Positions 1 through 9,395 are shown, numbered from the stretch's first letter. The stretch: DNA of 44,012 nucleotides from an uncultured bacterium (GCA_963824495.1 CAWGPQ010000007.1:1-44012); one strand, 5' to 3'. Notes: a model not told the origin generated them from the sequence alone. Numbers and translations: made by a program.

Positions 1-32
1 GAATAAAAATATGGCTTAAACAAAGGCTCCAC

Positions 33-1850
33 GTGAACAAATATATTCTGGCATTAGCAGGTTTTAGTATCTTTATGTTTGGTTCACATCAGCTTATAAG
101 TATGCATTCTCCTAACCAAAAGCGCCAACTTCAGCTTAATGAGCAGTTATTAGCGGCAGTAGCCACAGGAGATAACGATACCGTAATTTCCTTACTAGAG
201 CAGGGAGCCGATGATAGCAACCATACCACTAAAGATGGCATGACCGCTCTAATATATGCATCTTTAAGGGGACATATAGAGATAGTTAGAATGCTTATAG
301 AGCATAACGCCGACGTTAATTATGCTGACGCTAGAGGCTGGACGGCTCTCATGTTCGCAGCTAATAAGGGGTATACAGATATAGTCGAGCTACTTATAGA
401 GCACAGAGCCAATCTTGAGCACACTGATCATGGGGGCGACACTGTTCTTATGCATGCAACTCTACGTGGTTATACAGATATAGTTAGATTGCTTATAGAG
501 CACGAGGCTGATGTTAATCATGCCACTATCAATGATGGTTGGACTGCTCTTATTTATGCAGCTCTTAAGGGGCACATAGAGGTAGTTGGGTTGCTTATAG
601 AGCATAAAGCCAATCTTGAGCACACCGATAATAATGGCGACACTGCTCTTATACATGCAGCTAGAAGCGAGTGTATGGAGATAGTTAGAATGCTTATAGA
701 AGCTGGTGTTGATATTAATCGTGCTCATAATGGCCAGCCTGCTCTCTTCTATGCGGCTCTCAATGGACACATAGAGGTAGTTAGGATGCTCATAGCGCAT
801 AATGAGGCTAACGTTAATTTTACTGATAATAATGGCCGGACGGTTCTTATACATGCAGCTAATAAGGGGCATATAGAGATAGTTAGATTGCTTATAGAAT
901 ATGGTGCTCATATTAATACTAGCGATATGCGTGGCGATACAGCTCTAATATATGCATCTTTAAGGGGTCATACAGAGATAGTTAGATTGCTTATAGAGCA
1001 TGGTGCTCATGTTAATCATGCTCCTATCAATGGTTGTACTGCTCTTATCGAGGCGACTCGTAGTGGGCATGCAGAAATGGCTAGAGTGCTTGCATATTAC
1101 GGTGGCATACCGCCATCTACCATATCAGCTCGAGATAGGGATAGGATTACACAAGCATTAAGGAAAAGCAGAATTTCACCAATGGATCAAGCAATTATTA
1201 TGAGGGATAGAGAAGATATTACGAGGCTTCTTGCTGAAGGTAACGGTACCATTTTTGGTAGACTTATGAGTTATTTCTCAATCGATAGAGTTAATCATCG
1301 AGATGAGCTTGGAGCAACAGCGCTACATTGGGCCATTGCTCAAAATTATGCTATTCTTATCGAAGATTTGCTTGAGCATAATTCTGATCTAAATATACGT
1401 GACAACGAGGGCAATACTCCCCTATATATAGCTGCGCGTAATGGTAGTGACCTTATTCTTCAAGCATTACTTGCCCACGGTGCTCGTACTAACGTTCAAA
1501 ATGCACAAGGCAACACACCGTTACATGTAGCAGCTCAAGCTGGGCATCTAGCTATTGTTCGATCCCTTATTCGTCATACTAGCGCTACTCTTAATTTTGT
1601 TAATAGAGTTAATAATCGGGGGTTATCTGCTTGGTTGCTTGCTCGTAGGCACAACCATCATGATAGTGCAAAGCTTCTTGAACCTATGGCAGGACGAGCG
1701 CTTCTTGCTTTGCTTTCGACTGAAGGCCAACAAGGGCGTTTGAGTACGTTTCCTCCCGAGGTTGCAGTTAACATTGTTCGCTTTGTTGTTGCGCAAAGAC
1801 CTCCTTCTTGCAGCTGCCAAGAAGCTCATTTGATATGCTGCAGATTATAA
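33..1850 (+). CDS. Exported ankyrin-repeat protein with a C-terminal F-box-like motif
   Basis: GTG start after AAAGG. Hydrophobic signal-like N-terminus. More than 12 ANK repeats (GxTALxxAxxxGHxEIVRLLIEHGADVN). LSTFPPEVAVNIVRFV near the C-terminus; ends in CCRL. Confidence 0.93.
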   Translation: MNKYILALAGFSIFMFGSHQLISMHSPNQKRQLQLNEQLLAAVATGDNDTVISLLEQGADDSNHTTKDGMTALIYASLRGHIEIVRMLIEHNADVNYADARGWTALMFAANKGYTDIVELLIEHRANLEHTDHGGDTVLMHATLRGYTDIVRLLIEHEADVNHATINDGWTALIYAALKGHIEVVGLLIEHKANLEHTDNNGDTALIHAARSECMEIVRMLIEAGVDINRAHNGQPALFYAALNGHIEVVRMLIAHNEANVNFTDNNGRTVLIHAANKGHIEIVRLLIEYGAHINTSDMRGDTALIYASLRGHTEIVRLLIEHGAHVNHAPINGCTALIEATRSGHAEMARVLAYYGGIPPSTISARDRDRITQALRKSRISPMDQAIIMRDREDITRLLAEGNGTIFGRLMSYFSIDRVNHRDELGATALHWAIAQNYAILIEDLLEHNSDLNIRDNEGNTPLYIAARNGSDLILQALLAHGARTNVQNAQGNTPLHVAAQAGHLAIVRSLIRHTSATLNFVNRVNNRGLSAWLLARRHNHHDSAKLLEPMAGRALLALLSTEGQQGRLSTFPPEVAVNIVRFVVAQRPPSCSCQEAHLICCRL

Positions 1851-1916
1851 ATTAGGCTCATAATTGTTAGATTGTCATTTTAAATAAAAAAAATATAACT
1901 CAAACAAAGGTGCAAC

Positions 1917-3137
1917 TTGAACAAATATATTCTGGTGCTAGCAAGCTTTAGTATCGTTCTGTTGAGCTCGCATCAACTTATGAGCATGAATTGTTTGGAC
2001 CAAGAATCAGAGCAGAGCCAGCTTAATGGGGGCTTGTTACGTGCAGTTAGCAATGCGTTTGAGCAAGGTTTGGATGAATATATTAACGAATATACACTAA
2101 TGCGTAAATGTATTCTAGAAGCTAAGAGAAAACATATAGAGTCAGCTAGAAAATATCTAGAGCACGGCGCTGATATTAATTGTGTGGATAATTATGACCG
2201 TACCCCCCTCGAGATTGCAGTTTCAAGTAAGTATACAGAGATGGTTAGAGTCCTTTTAGAGTGTGGTGCTGATGTTAAGCATGTTGATTTGCATGGAGAT
2301 ACTGCACTTCTCTTTGCTGCTCAAACAGCGGATAGCGAAATAGTTCGAATGATTCTGGGCTATGGTGCTGATGTTAATCATGCCAATAATGATAGCGATA
2401 CTGCCCTTATGATAGCAGCTCAAGAAGGATATGTAGATATTGTTCGGGTTCTTCTCAGCCATCATGCTCAAGTTAATTTCTTCAACAATTCAGGAGAATC
2501 AGCATGGACCATTGCCCTTAAGAATAATCATCCTGATATTGCTGATCTTTTTGAAAAATATGCAACTCAAGCTGTATTTGGCTTAGTACAAAGAGCAGGG
2601 CAAAATGGTACACTGGAAAACCTTCCGGCCAACGTTAACCTTCCAGCTGAAATTGTTGCTTTAGTTGCGCACTACGCTATGGCTGCCGGCACCATGCAAT
2701 CTAACATTAATGCACAAGATGTTGGTGGTAATACTGCATTACATTATGCTGCCCTTCATGATAATAGATACGGTATAAGATCGTTACTGAGCGATGGTGC
2801 TGATATTAATATGAGAAATAATGATGGCAACACACCGTTACACGTGGCGATACAGTATGGCCATGCAGGTATAGTTCAGGCACTGCTTGATGCTCATGCT
2901 GATCATGCAATAAAAAATCATAGAAAGCAGACACCGCTTGATAGAGCATATGAGCACAGGAACGATGCTGTTATGGATGTGCTGAGCAGAGAGATAATTA
3001 TACCGGGTATCTTGCGTGATCAAGAACTCTTTCAGCAATTGCAAGCCCGGCATAGAAATGTTCCGGATATTGGTATGCCTGAAGAAATTATAGCCCGTAT
3101 AGTTGGATTCTTGCCTAATCCTAATTCTAATTCTTAA
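1917..3137 (+). CDS. Exported ankyrin-repeat protein with internal and C-terminal F-box-like motifs
   Basis: TTG start; the MNKYIL N-terminus is paralogous to the flanking genes. ANK repeats. LPAEIVALVAHY (2640-2675) and MPEEIIARIVGFL (3075-3113). Confidence 0.92.
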   Translation: MNKYILVLASFSIVLLSSHQLMSMNCLDQESEQSQLNGGLLRAVSNAFEQGLDEYINEYTLMRKCILEAKRKHIESARKYLEHGADINCVDNYDRTPLEIAVSSKYTEMVRVLLECGADVKHVDLHGDTALLFAAQTADSEIVRMILGYGADVNHANNDSDTALMIAAQEGYVDIVRVLLSHHAQVNFFNNSGESAWTIALKNNHPDIADLFEKYATQAVFGLVQRAGQNGTLENLPANVNLPAEIVALVAHYAMAAGTMQSNINAQDVGGNTALHYAALHDNRYGIRSLLSDGADINMRNNDGNTPLHVAIQYGHAGIVQALLDAHADHAIKNHRKQTPLDRAYEHRNDAVMDVLSREIIIPGILRDQELFQQLQARHRNVPDIGMPEEIIARIVGFLPNPNSNS

Positions 3138-3203
3138 GGCTGAATGATATTACTTGCACACATTTTCTAATATCAAAGTAGGTATGTTTTAGCTTGAGCT
3201 TGT

Positions 3204-3232
3204 TTGACAAGATATAGAGCACCAGTTAGAGT
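3204..3232 (+). promoter_or_regulatory. Putative sigma70 promoter of the third ANK gene
   Basis: TTGACA (3204-3209), 17-nt spacer, TAGAGT (3227-3232). Confidence 0.6.
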
Positions 3233-3286
3233 AGCAAGTACAGAGTTGTCATTTTAAATAAAAACGTGCTTAAACAAAGGCCCTAT

Positions 3287-4813
3287 GTGAACAAATATAT
3301 TCTGACACTAGCAACTTTTAGTATCTTGCTGTTTGGTGTACATCAACTTATGAGCATGGATTCTCCTAACCAAGAACATCAACTTCAACTTAATGAGTGT
3401 CTAATAGAGGCAACACGAACAATGATGGAAGACAGAGATGCCGTAATTGCTTTACTAGAGCGTGGTGCTGATGTTAACCATGCTAATAGTAGTGGTGATA
3501 CTGCCCTTATATATGCAGCTTTTTATGGGCACACAGATATAGTTAGACTGCTTATAGAGCATGGTGCCGATGTTAATCATGTTAATAATATTGGCAATAC
3601 TGCTCTTATAGCAGCAGCTAGATGTGGACATGTAAATATAGTTGGTCTGCTTATGGAAGCCGGGGCTGGGGTTAATCGTGTTGGTTTTGAGGGCCGTACT
3701 GCCATTATATGGGCAGCTGCCGGTGAACGTACATTTGCGGTTGCTGCTCATGCACATATAGATATAGTGAAGCTACTCTTAGATCATGGAGCTCAAGTTA
3801 ATCATAGGGATAGTGAAAACTATACTGCTCTTACGCTTGCAGCTGATAGAGAGCAAACAGATATAGTTAGGTTGCTTGTGCGTTATGGTACTTTAGTGCC
3901 ATCTGATGTGATGGACAGGTATAGGATTAAACAAGCTTTAACTCCAGGCAGCATTTCACCACTGGCCCAAGCAATTATCATGAGAGATAGAGAAGATATT
4001 ACCAGGATTCTTGCTGAAGCTCCTATGGGCGTGAATACTCAATATGATTTTGGTATGACAGCGTTACACTGGGCAGTTGCTCAAAATTATGAAGAGCTTG
4101 TTCAAGAGTTACTTACTACGTATAAACTTGATTTGAATGTACAAGATAACGAAGGTAATACTCCATTACACCATGCTGCACGTAATGGTAATATCTCAGT
4201 AATTAAGTTATTACTTGCTGCAGGTGCATGTCTTGATAATAATAATTATGATGGCTATACAGCATGGGGTCTAGCTAACGGACAAAGCCAGCTTTCTCCC
4301 CGTACAGAGCGTGGTGAGCTTCTCGCTCGTGCTGCCGAATTTCTTGAACGCAATGCTGCGCAAACGATTCTTTGGAACGTAACACGAGCAGGACGTCATG
4401 AAGGCTGTCTCGGTGATCTCCCTGCTGAAGTTACGGCTCACATTGCTGGCTATGTTATGGCTCGTGATAATCGTGGTAATACACCACTTCATATTGCTAT
4501 ACTTTATAATAACATACATGACGTTACAAGATTACTTAATGATCGAGCTAATGTTTACACAAGAAATGATGACGGTAATACACCGTTACACATAGCAATA
4601 CAGCAAAATAATGCAGATATAGTTCAAGCATTACTGCTTCATGATCGTGAGGATCGTGAACTAAGAAATAAGAAAAATCAAACACCGTTTGACGTAGCAT
4701 CTGAGCATAGGAATAGTAACATTATTGCTATGTTGAACAGACATAAGAGAAATCAAACAGTTGATGTAGAATTGGGCGAGTACGTGTATCGCGGAACTCC
4801 ACGACTAAAATAG
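3287..4813 (+). CDS. Exported ankyrin-repeat protein with an internal F-box-like motif
   Basis: Start moved from 3266 to the GTG at 3287, which aligns with the MNKYIL starts of both paralogs and follows the same AAACAAAGG. ANK repeats. LGDLPAEVTAHIAGYV (4409-4456). Confidence 0.92.
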   Translation: MNKYILTLATFSILLFGVHQLMSMDSPNQEHQLQLNECLIEATRTMMEDRDAVIALLERGADVNHANSSGDTALIYAAFYGHTDIVRLLIEHGADVNHVNNIGNTALIAAARCGHVNIVGLLMEAGAGVNRVGFEGRTAIIWAAAGERTFAVAAHAHIDIVKLLLDHGAQVNHRDSENYTALTLAADREQTDIVRLLVRYGTLVPSDVMDRYRIKQALTPGSISPLAQAIIMRDREDITRILAEAPMGVNTQYDFGMTALHWAVAQNYEELVQELLTTYKLDLNVQDNEGNTPLHHAARNGNISVIKLLLAAGACLDNNNYDGYTAWGLANGQSQLSPRTERGELLARAAEFLERNAAQTILWNVTRAGRHEGCLGDLPAEVTAHIAGYVMARDNRGNTPLHIAILYNNIHDVTRLLNDRANVYTRNDDGNTPLHIAIQQNNADIVQALLLHDREDRELRNKKNQTPFDVASEHRNSNIIAMLNRHKRNQTVDVELGEYVYRGTPRLK

Positions 4814-4866
4814 AAATTATAGCACGTATGGTTGGATTTCTGTCTAACTCTAATCATAATTCTTAA
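4813..4866 (+). pseudogene. Out-of-frame relic of a C-terminal F-box tail
   Basis: Reads EIIARMVGFLSNSNHNS*, colinear with EIIARIVGFLPNPNSNS* at the end of 1917..3137, but in a different frame from 3287..4813. Confidence 0.8.
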
Positions 4867-4868
4867 GA

Positions 4869-6701
4869 TTAGGCGATGGTACATGTGAACATAATTTTTT
4901 TGTATAAGCCCAGTTTGTTACGAGCTTGTGTTTTTTTAAGCGCCTCCCAGATATGAACAGTATCAACTGCTTGACTCTGGCAACGAACGGCAAGCAGAGC
5001 CGCTTCGTTTATAATATATGCAAGCTCAGCGCCACTTAAGCCTGCTGTTTGTTGAGCCAGTTCTTCAAAAACTTCAGGTGAAAGCTTATGAGTAATCTTG
5101 CGTGCATAAAATTCGAGAATAGATTGTCTGCTTGCCTGATTCGGTAAGGGTATTTCGACGAGACGATCGAAACGTCCTGGCCTGAGTAATGCCGGATCAA
5201 GAATATCAGGGGTATTGGTAGCGGCAATGACAATAATTTGCGAATCTTGCGTAAACCCATCCATCTGGTTCAGTAGTTCATTAAGCGTATTGCGATATTC
5301 ACGGCTGCTGCCGCTTTCAATAGATTCATTCGAGCGTTTACCGCCAATCGCATCGATCTCATCAATAAATATAATAGCTCTGCCTCCTGTTTTTCGAGCT
5401 TGTTCAAAAAGCTCACGTACGCGTTTGGGGCCCATGCCTACATACAAGGTCACAAATTGTGAGCCTGAGGTTGCAAAAAAAGGTACACCAGCTTCTCCTG
5501 CAATAGCACGTGCTAGTGATGTTTTACCAGTGCCTGAAGGACCATAGAGCAAAATGCCTCGTGGTATTTTTACACCGAGCTGATTAAACTTTTCAGGGTG
5601 TTTGATAAGCTCAGCAAGCTCTACAATATCTTCAGGTAGTGCGCCAGCGATATCACGTAACGTTGTTGTAATCCCTGAAGCTGTTTTAATAAGATATGAA
5701 GTAGCTCTATTCTTGTTGATTTTTTTAAGCGCGCTTTCCAAATGATTATCGGTTACTGCTAATGCACCTTCTCGTGTAGCAAGAAGCGCTGCTTCATTAA
5801 GCACATTTTTAAGATCAGCAGGGCTAAACCCTTGTGTTTCATCCAAAACACGCGTCATGTACTGTTCTGAAAATACGTGGGTGATTTTTTGTGCATACTG
5901 TGTAATAAGAGCTCTACGATTGCTTTTGTTGGGTAGAGGTATCTCTACCAAGCGATCAAAACGACCTGGCTTAAATAGGAGTGGATCAAGCAAATCAGGA
6001 TGGGTTGTTGCGGCAATGATGAAAACGCCGGGTATCTGCATGCACGTGTCCAGATACTTAAGAAATCTGTGAAGGCGAGCTTGATGCCCAAGTATGTCGC
6101 TACCCTCACTTGCTTTATGAGCTATACTCTCGATTTCATCAATAAATATAAGAGCTTTAGTATCCGTGTTAAGCACATGCGGGTCAAGTTCTGTACCGGA
6201 TATGGCAAAAAAGGGAATATTGAGCTCCCCTGCTAGTGCTCGTACAATCGATTTTTTTCCTGTTCCCGGTCGACCATATAAAAGTATACCACGTGGCAAC
6301 GCTGCACCAAGCCTGGTATAGGTATCCGGATGCTTGATCATGTCAAGAATATCGTAAATGTCTGCAGGGAGCGATCCGGCCATCATACTGAGGTTGCACG
6401 TAGTGCCTACTGATAGGGGAAGCAGCGTGTGCTCGTTATCTTTGGTGGTTGTCGTAGGTTTTATACTGGATAATAAGCAGAGTGATGCTGCTCCTAAAAA
6501 AACACCCCTGCCAAAAAAGGGGGAGTGAGTTTTTTTTTCTATACAATATGAACAAGCTGCAATAATGCAAAAAGGTATAATTGCTTCTGCGATCGAGATG
6601 GCTGACGGTGGTAGAGGTAGAGATACGTAAGGGAACGAAGTCTCGGGGGAGGCGCAGCTGGAATTGAGAACCAATATGAGAAAAATTATAGTATATCTCA
6701 T
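4869..6701 (-). CDS. Membrane-anchored tandem (double) AAA+ ATPase with FtsH-like AAA modules and no protease domain
   Basis: Hydrophobic N-terminal segments. Module 1: GRPGTGKK, FIDE, LFKPGRFDR. Module 2: GPSGTGKT, YVG pore loop, FIDEIDAIG, LLRPGRFDR. No HExxH. Confidence 0.88.
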   Translation of the reverse strand: MRYTIIFLILVLNSSCASPETSFPYVSLPLPPSAISIAEAIIPFCIIAACSYCIEKKTHSPFFGRGVFLGAASLCLLSSIKPTTTTKDNEHTLLPLSVGTTCNLSMMAGSLPADIYDILDMIKHPDTYTRLGAALPRGILLYGRPGTGKKSIVRALAGELNIPFFAISGTELDPHVLNTDTKALIFIDEIESIAHKASEGSDILGHQARLHRFLKYLDTCMQIPGVFIIAATTHPDLLDPLLFKPGRFDRLVEIPLPNKSNRRALITQYAQKITHVFSEQYMTRVLDETQGFSPADLKNVLNEAALLATREGALAVTDNHLESALKKINKNRATSYLIKTASGITTTLRDIAGALPEDIVELAELIKHPEKFNQLGVKIPRGILLYGPSGTGKTSLARAIAGEAGVPFFATSGSQFVTLYVGMGPKRVRELFEQARKTGGRAIIFIDEIDAIGGKRSNESIESGSSREYRNTLNELLNQMDGFTQDSQIIVIAATNTPDILDPALLRPGRFDRLVEIPLPNQASRQSILEFYARKITHKLSPEVFEELAQQTAGLSGAELAYIINEAALLAVRCQSQAVDTVHIWEALKKTQARNKLGLYKKIMFTCTIA

Positions 6702-6737
6702 CGCCTCCCCTTGTAATTAATAAACGATTAAAAACAG

Positions 6738-8228
6738 CTATATAGCCATAGGTATGGCTGTGGCTGCTGTAGTATGCTCGGGAACTATATTCTGTTGTGG
6801 TACTGCTTGAGCTTGGTTACGTAGTAATTGAGCAACCTCTTTGAAATAGCCTGAGCCTTTACGTAGCGTACGCTCTTGCGTTTTAAAGTTCACTTCATAA
6901 AGCCCAAATTTCATGCTATAGCCAAAAGACCACTCAAAGTTATCCATGAGCGACCAATAGAAATAACCACGCACATCGTAACCGTCATTAATTGCTTGAG
7001 AAAGAGCATACAGATAGCGCTTGATATAGAGCTCGCGTCGATCGTCAGTTTTATCAGCTATGCCATTTTCAGTGATATAGATAGGCACACCAATTGCGGC
7101 AACTTCCTGTATTGCTTGATAAAGGCCTTCAGCATAGAGACCATACGGCATATCAGTTGGTATATCACCCGGCCTATAAGCAGGTATTTGAGGAGGCAAG
7201 CTAAGAAGATTAACTAATACATGGGAGTAATAATTAAGCCCAATAAAATCAAGCATCGATGGGGCGTTAGGGTCTTCGTAAGTGACGCTGCTTGTGATAG
7301 TATTAAGTTGAAACTTGCCTGTTACTAAGAACTGAAGTATGGCTCGATGCATATATTGGTTAAGATAATAGCAGAGCGCATGCTCAGGACCAACTCCCTC
7401 ATGATAGGGCTCAAATTGCGTAAGCGAGTGCACGAGCCCTATTTGTGCTTTTTGGCCATTGGGTAGTGCTTTTAAAGCTTTATAGGCACGCACATGTGCT
7501 TGTAATAAGTGCTTGGTAACCATGCCTGCTTTCTTAAAGCTCATTTTTTCAGCTGGAGGGAAATCGCCCTTAATATAGCCCATGAATGCATACATACCAG
7601 GTTCATTAATAGTACACCATAGCGGAACTTTAGATCCGAGCTCATTAAATACTTTTTTAGCATAACGGACAAAGTATGCAATATTTTCTTCTTTTTCGAA
7701 TGCTCCCTTGCGCTCAAACCAAAGAGGATTAGTAAAGTGATGAAGCGTTATAACGGGCGTAATACCTGCTTCAATGAGGCTATCGCATACATTGTGATAG
7801 TGTTCAATGGCAGACCGGTCAAAGATGCCTTCTCTTGGTTCAATACGGCTCCATTCAACAGAAAAACGGTAGGCGGTAACACCCAGTTCCTTCATTAAAG
7901 CGATATCTTGTTTATAGCGGTTCCAATGCTCACATGCCTTGCCCGACCTGTCGCTGTTCTGTATGGTGGACCCTCCCAATAAAGTTTTTTTAAGCTCATG
8001 TTCAGCCCAATTAGTATTAGGGCACTGAAAACTTCCCGACACTTGGTATTCTGCAGTACAGGTACCCATCATAAAGCCCGCGGGGAATGCTAGGGAGCTC
8101 GTATTAATAGCATCCCAATCCCAACGTAGATCGGGTTTGGACGAAAGAATAGGAGGGGAAGCATAATGTGTGTTAAAACTTATAAGGCATGAGATGCTAA
8201 AAAAGATTGTAAATAACGTACTGTTCAT
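6738..8228 (-). CDS. Glycoside hydrolase family 1 (beta-glucosidase-like) with a signal peptide
   Basis: YRFSVEWSRIEP, INEP acid/base, ITENG nucleophile, WSLMDNFEW. Hydrophobic N-terminus. Confidence 0.95.
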   Translation of the reverse strand: MNSTLFTIFFSISCLISFNTHYASPPILSSKPDLRWDWDAINTSSLAFPAGFMMGTCTAEYQVSGSFQCPNTNWAEHELKKTLLGGSTIQNSDRSGKACEHWNRYKQDIALMKELGVTAYRFSVEWSRIEPREGIFDRSAIEHYHNVCDSLIEAGITPVITLHHFTNPLWFERKGAFEKEENIAYFVRYAKKVFNELGSKVPLWCTINEPGMYAFMGYIKGDFPPAEKMSFKKAGMVTKHLLQAHVRAYKALKALPNGQKAQIGLVHSLTQFEPYHEGVGPEHALCYYLNQYMHRAILQFLVTGKFQLNTITSSVTYEDPNAPSMLDFIGLNYYSHVLVNLLSLPPQIPAYRPGDIPTDMPYGLYAEGLYQAIQEVAAIGVPIYITENGIADKTDDRRELYIKRYLYALSQAINDGYDVRGYFYWSLMDNFEWSFGYSMKFGLYEVNFKTQERTLRKGSGYFKEVAQLLRNQAQAVPQQNIVPEHTTAATAIPMAI

Positions 8229-8264
8229 CTATAAACTCCGGTAAAACGGGACTGTCTATTACTT

Positions 8265-9263
8265 CTATACTGGGATAAGTGGGTAGCTTTGAAAGCCAAC
8301 AAGGCGGCATTCAGGTTGAGGCAGACTACCATAGTTGGTATACACAAGCTCTTGCAATAAGCGCGCAAGCATAATGATATCATCTGATGTAGCTTTCCCT
8401 CGATTGACGATCATATTGGCATGTTGATGCGAAACAATTGCATCTCCAACCGAAAGATAACCCTTAGCACCCAGCTTATCGAGATAGTATGCTATGTATA
8501 CCATTTTTTTGTTATTAATTTCAAGTGTTACTTCATGATCGTAAAAATTTCTAAAAAAACTCCCACAGGTATAGGCTGTTGGATAGCGGCGAGAGCGATG
8601 TCGAATAATTTCGTCATGGCGGCCTTGAGCATAAGCGGTTGAGCGCGTATCCCCTTTCTTGAGTTTAAAGGTGGCTTGAAGTAGGTAATAGTCACCTTGA
8701 TGAAGTCGTGAATAATTATAACCAAAATTAAACCATTGTACATCTACAACGCTGATTATTCCAGTGTGTCGATGAATAATATGTGCGCTTACCAAGAATT
8801 GGCTAAGTAAAAATTCAAAGTAGTGAATATTAATGAATACCGATCCTCCAATGCTTCCAGGGATACCGCTGAATTCTTCAAGGCCTATACTATGATGGTC
8901 GAGACAATACTGAATAAGCGTAGAAAATAAAACACCGGCCTGAGCGTGCACGAGAACTTGATCATTATCGTGCGTGTGATGACTTATAGTCTGAAGTTTT
9001 GGATGAATAACGAGGCCATCAAAGCCAGTATCTGCTATAAGAGTATTGGCCCCTTCGCCAAGTATAAATATATCAAGCTCTTGATAGTGAGCAAACTCAA
9101 GAGCCTGTTTAAATTCTGCTGACGTTGTCGGTTCTGCATAAAAACGTGCCAGCCCTCCGGTGCGAAACCAGGTTTTGTTGGCAAGAGGTACATTTGGTAT
9201 GATAGGCAGAGCATTATAGTGAGGTGATGAGGGATGTGTGGTTGACAGCGGATAGGTGCTCAT
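8265..9263 (-). CDS. murB: UDP-N-acetylenolpyruvoylglucosamine reductase
   Basis: TWFRTGG, LGEGANTL, GLEEFSGIPGSIGG, CGSFFRN, VSHQHANMIVNRG, LPQPE. Confidence 0.93.
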   Translation of the reverse strand: MSTYPLSTTHPSSPHYNALPIIPNVPLANKTWFRTGGLARFYAEPTTSAEFKQALEFAHYQELDIFILGEGANTLIADTGFDGLVIHPKLQTISHHTHDNDQVLVHAQAGVLFSTLIQYCLDHHSIGLEEFSGIPGSIGGSVFINIHYFEFLLSQFLVSAHIIHRHTGIISVVDVQWFNFGYNYSRLHQGDYYLLQATFKLKKGDTRSTAYAQGRHDEIIRHRSRRYPTAYTCGSFFRNFYDHEVTLEINNKKMVYIAYYLDKLGAKGYLSVGDAIVSHQHANMIVNRGKATSDDIIMLARLLQELVYTNYGSLPQPECRLVGFQSYPLIPV

Positions 9264-9395
9264 AACTATTACACATATATTATTACAGGTGAAGAGATAA
9301 TAATTATCTAACGTTAAGAAAGTGTACCATAAGCCTAGGCTTTTGCAATAAGCACATCTACGTCATAAAGTTACGTAATTTGAATGCTTGAAATA

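Noticed and set aside
240..1050. About 99-bp periodic repeats suggesting a CRISPR array or a DGR template/variable pair
   Set aside because: The period equals the 33-aa ANK unit within an open frame. There are no cas or reverse transcriptase genes, and differences are not adenine-specific.
5036..6236. Alternative-frame and antisense ORFs within the AAA gene (also within GH1, pheT, the MscK-like gene, ABC genes and recD2)
   Set aside because: All are fully nested in well-supported genes and show no recognisable motifs.
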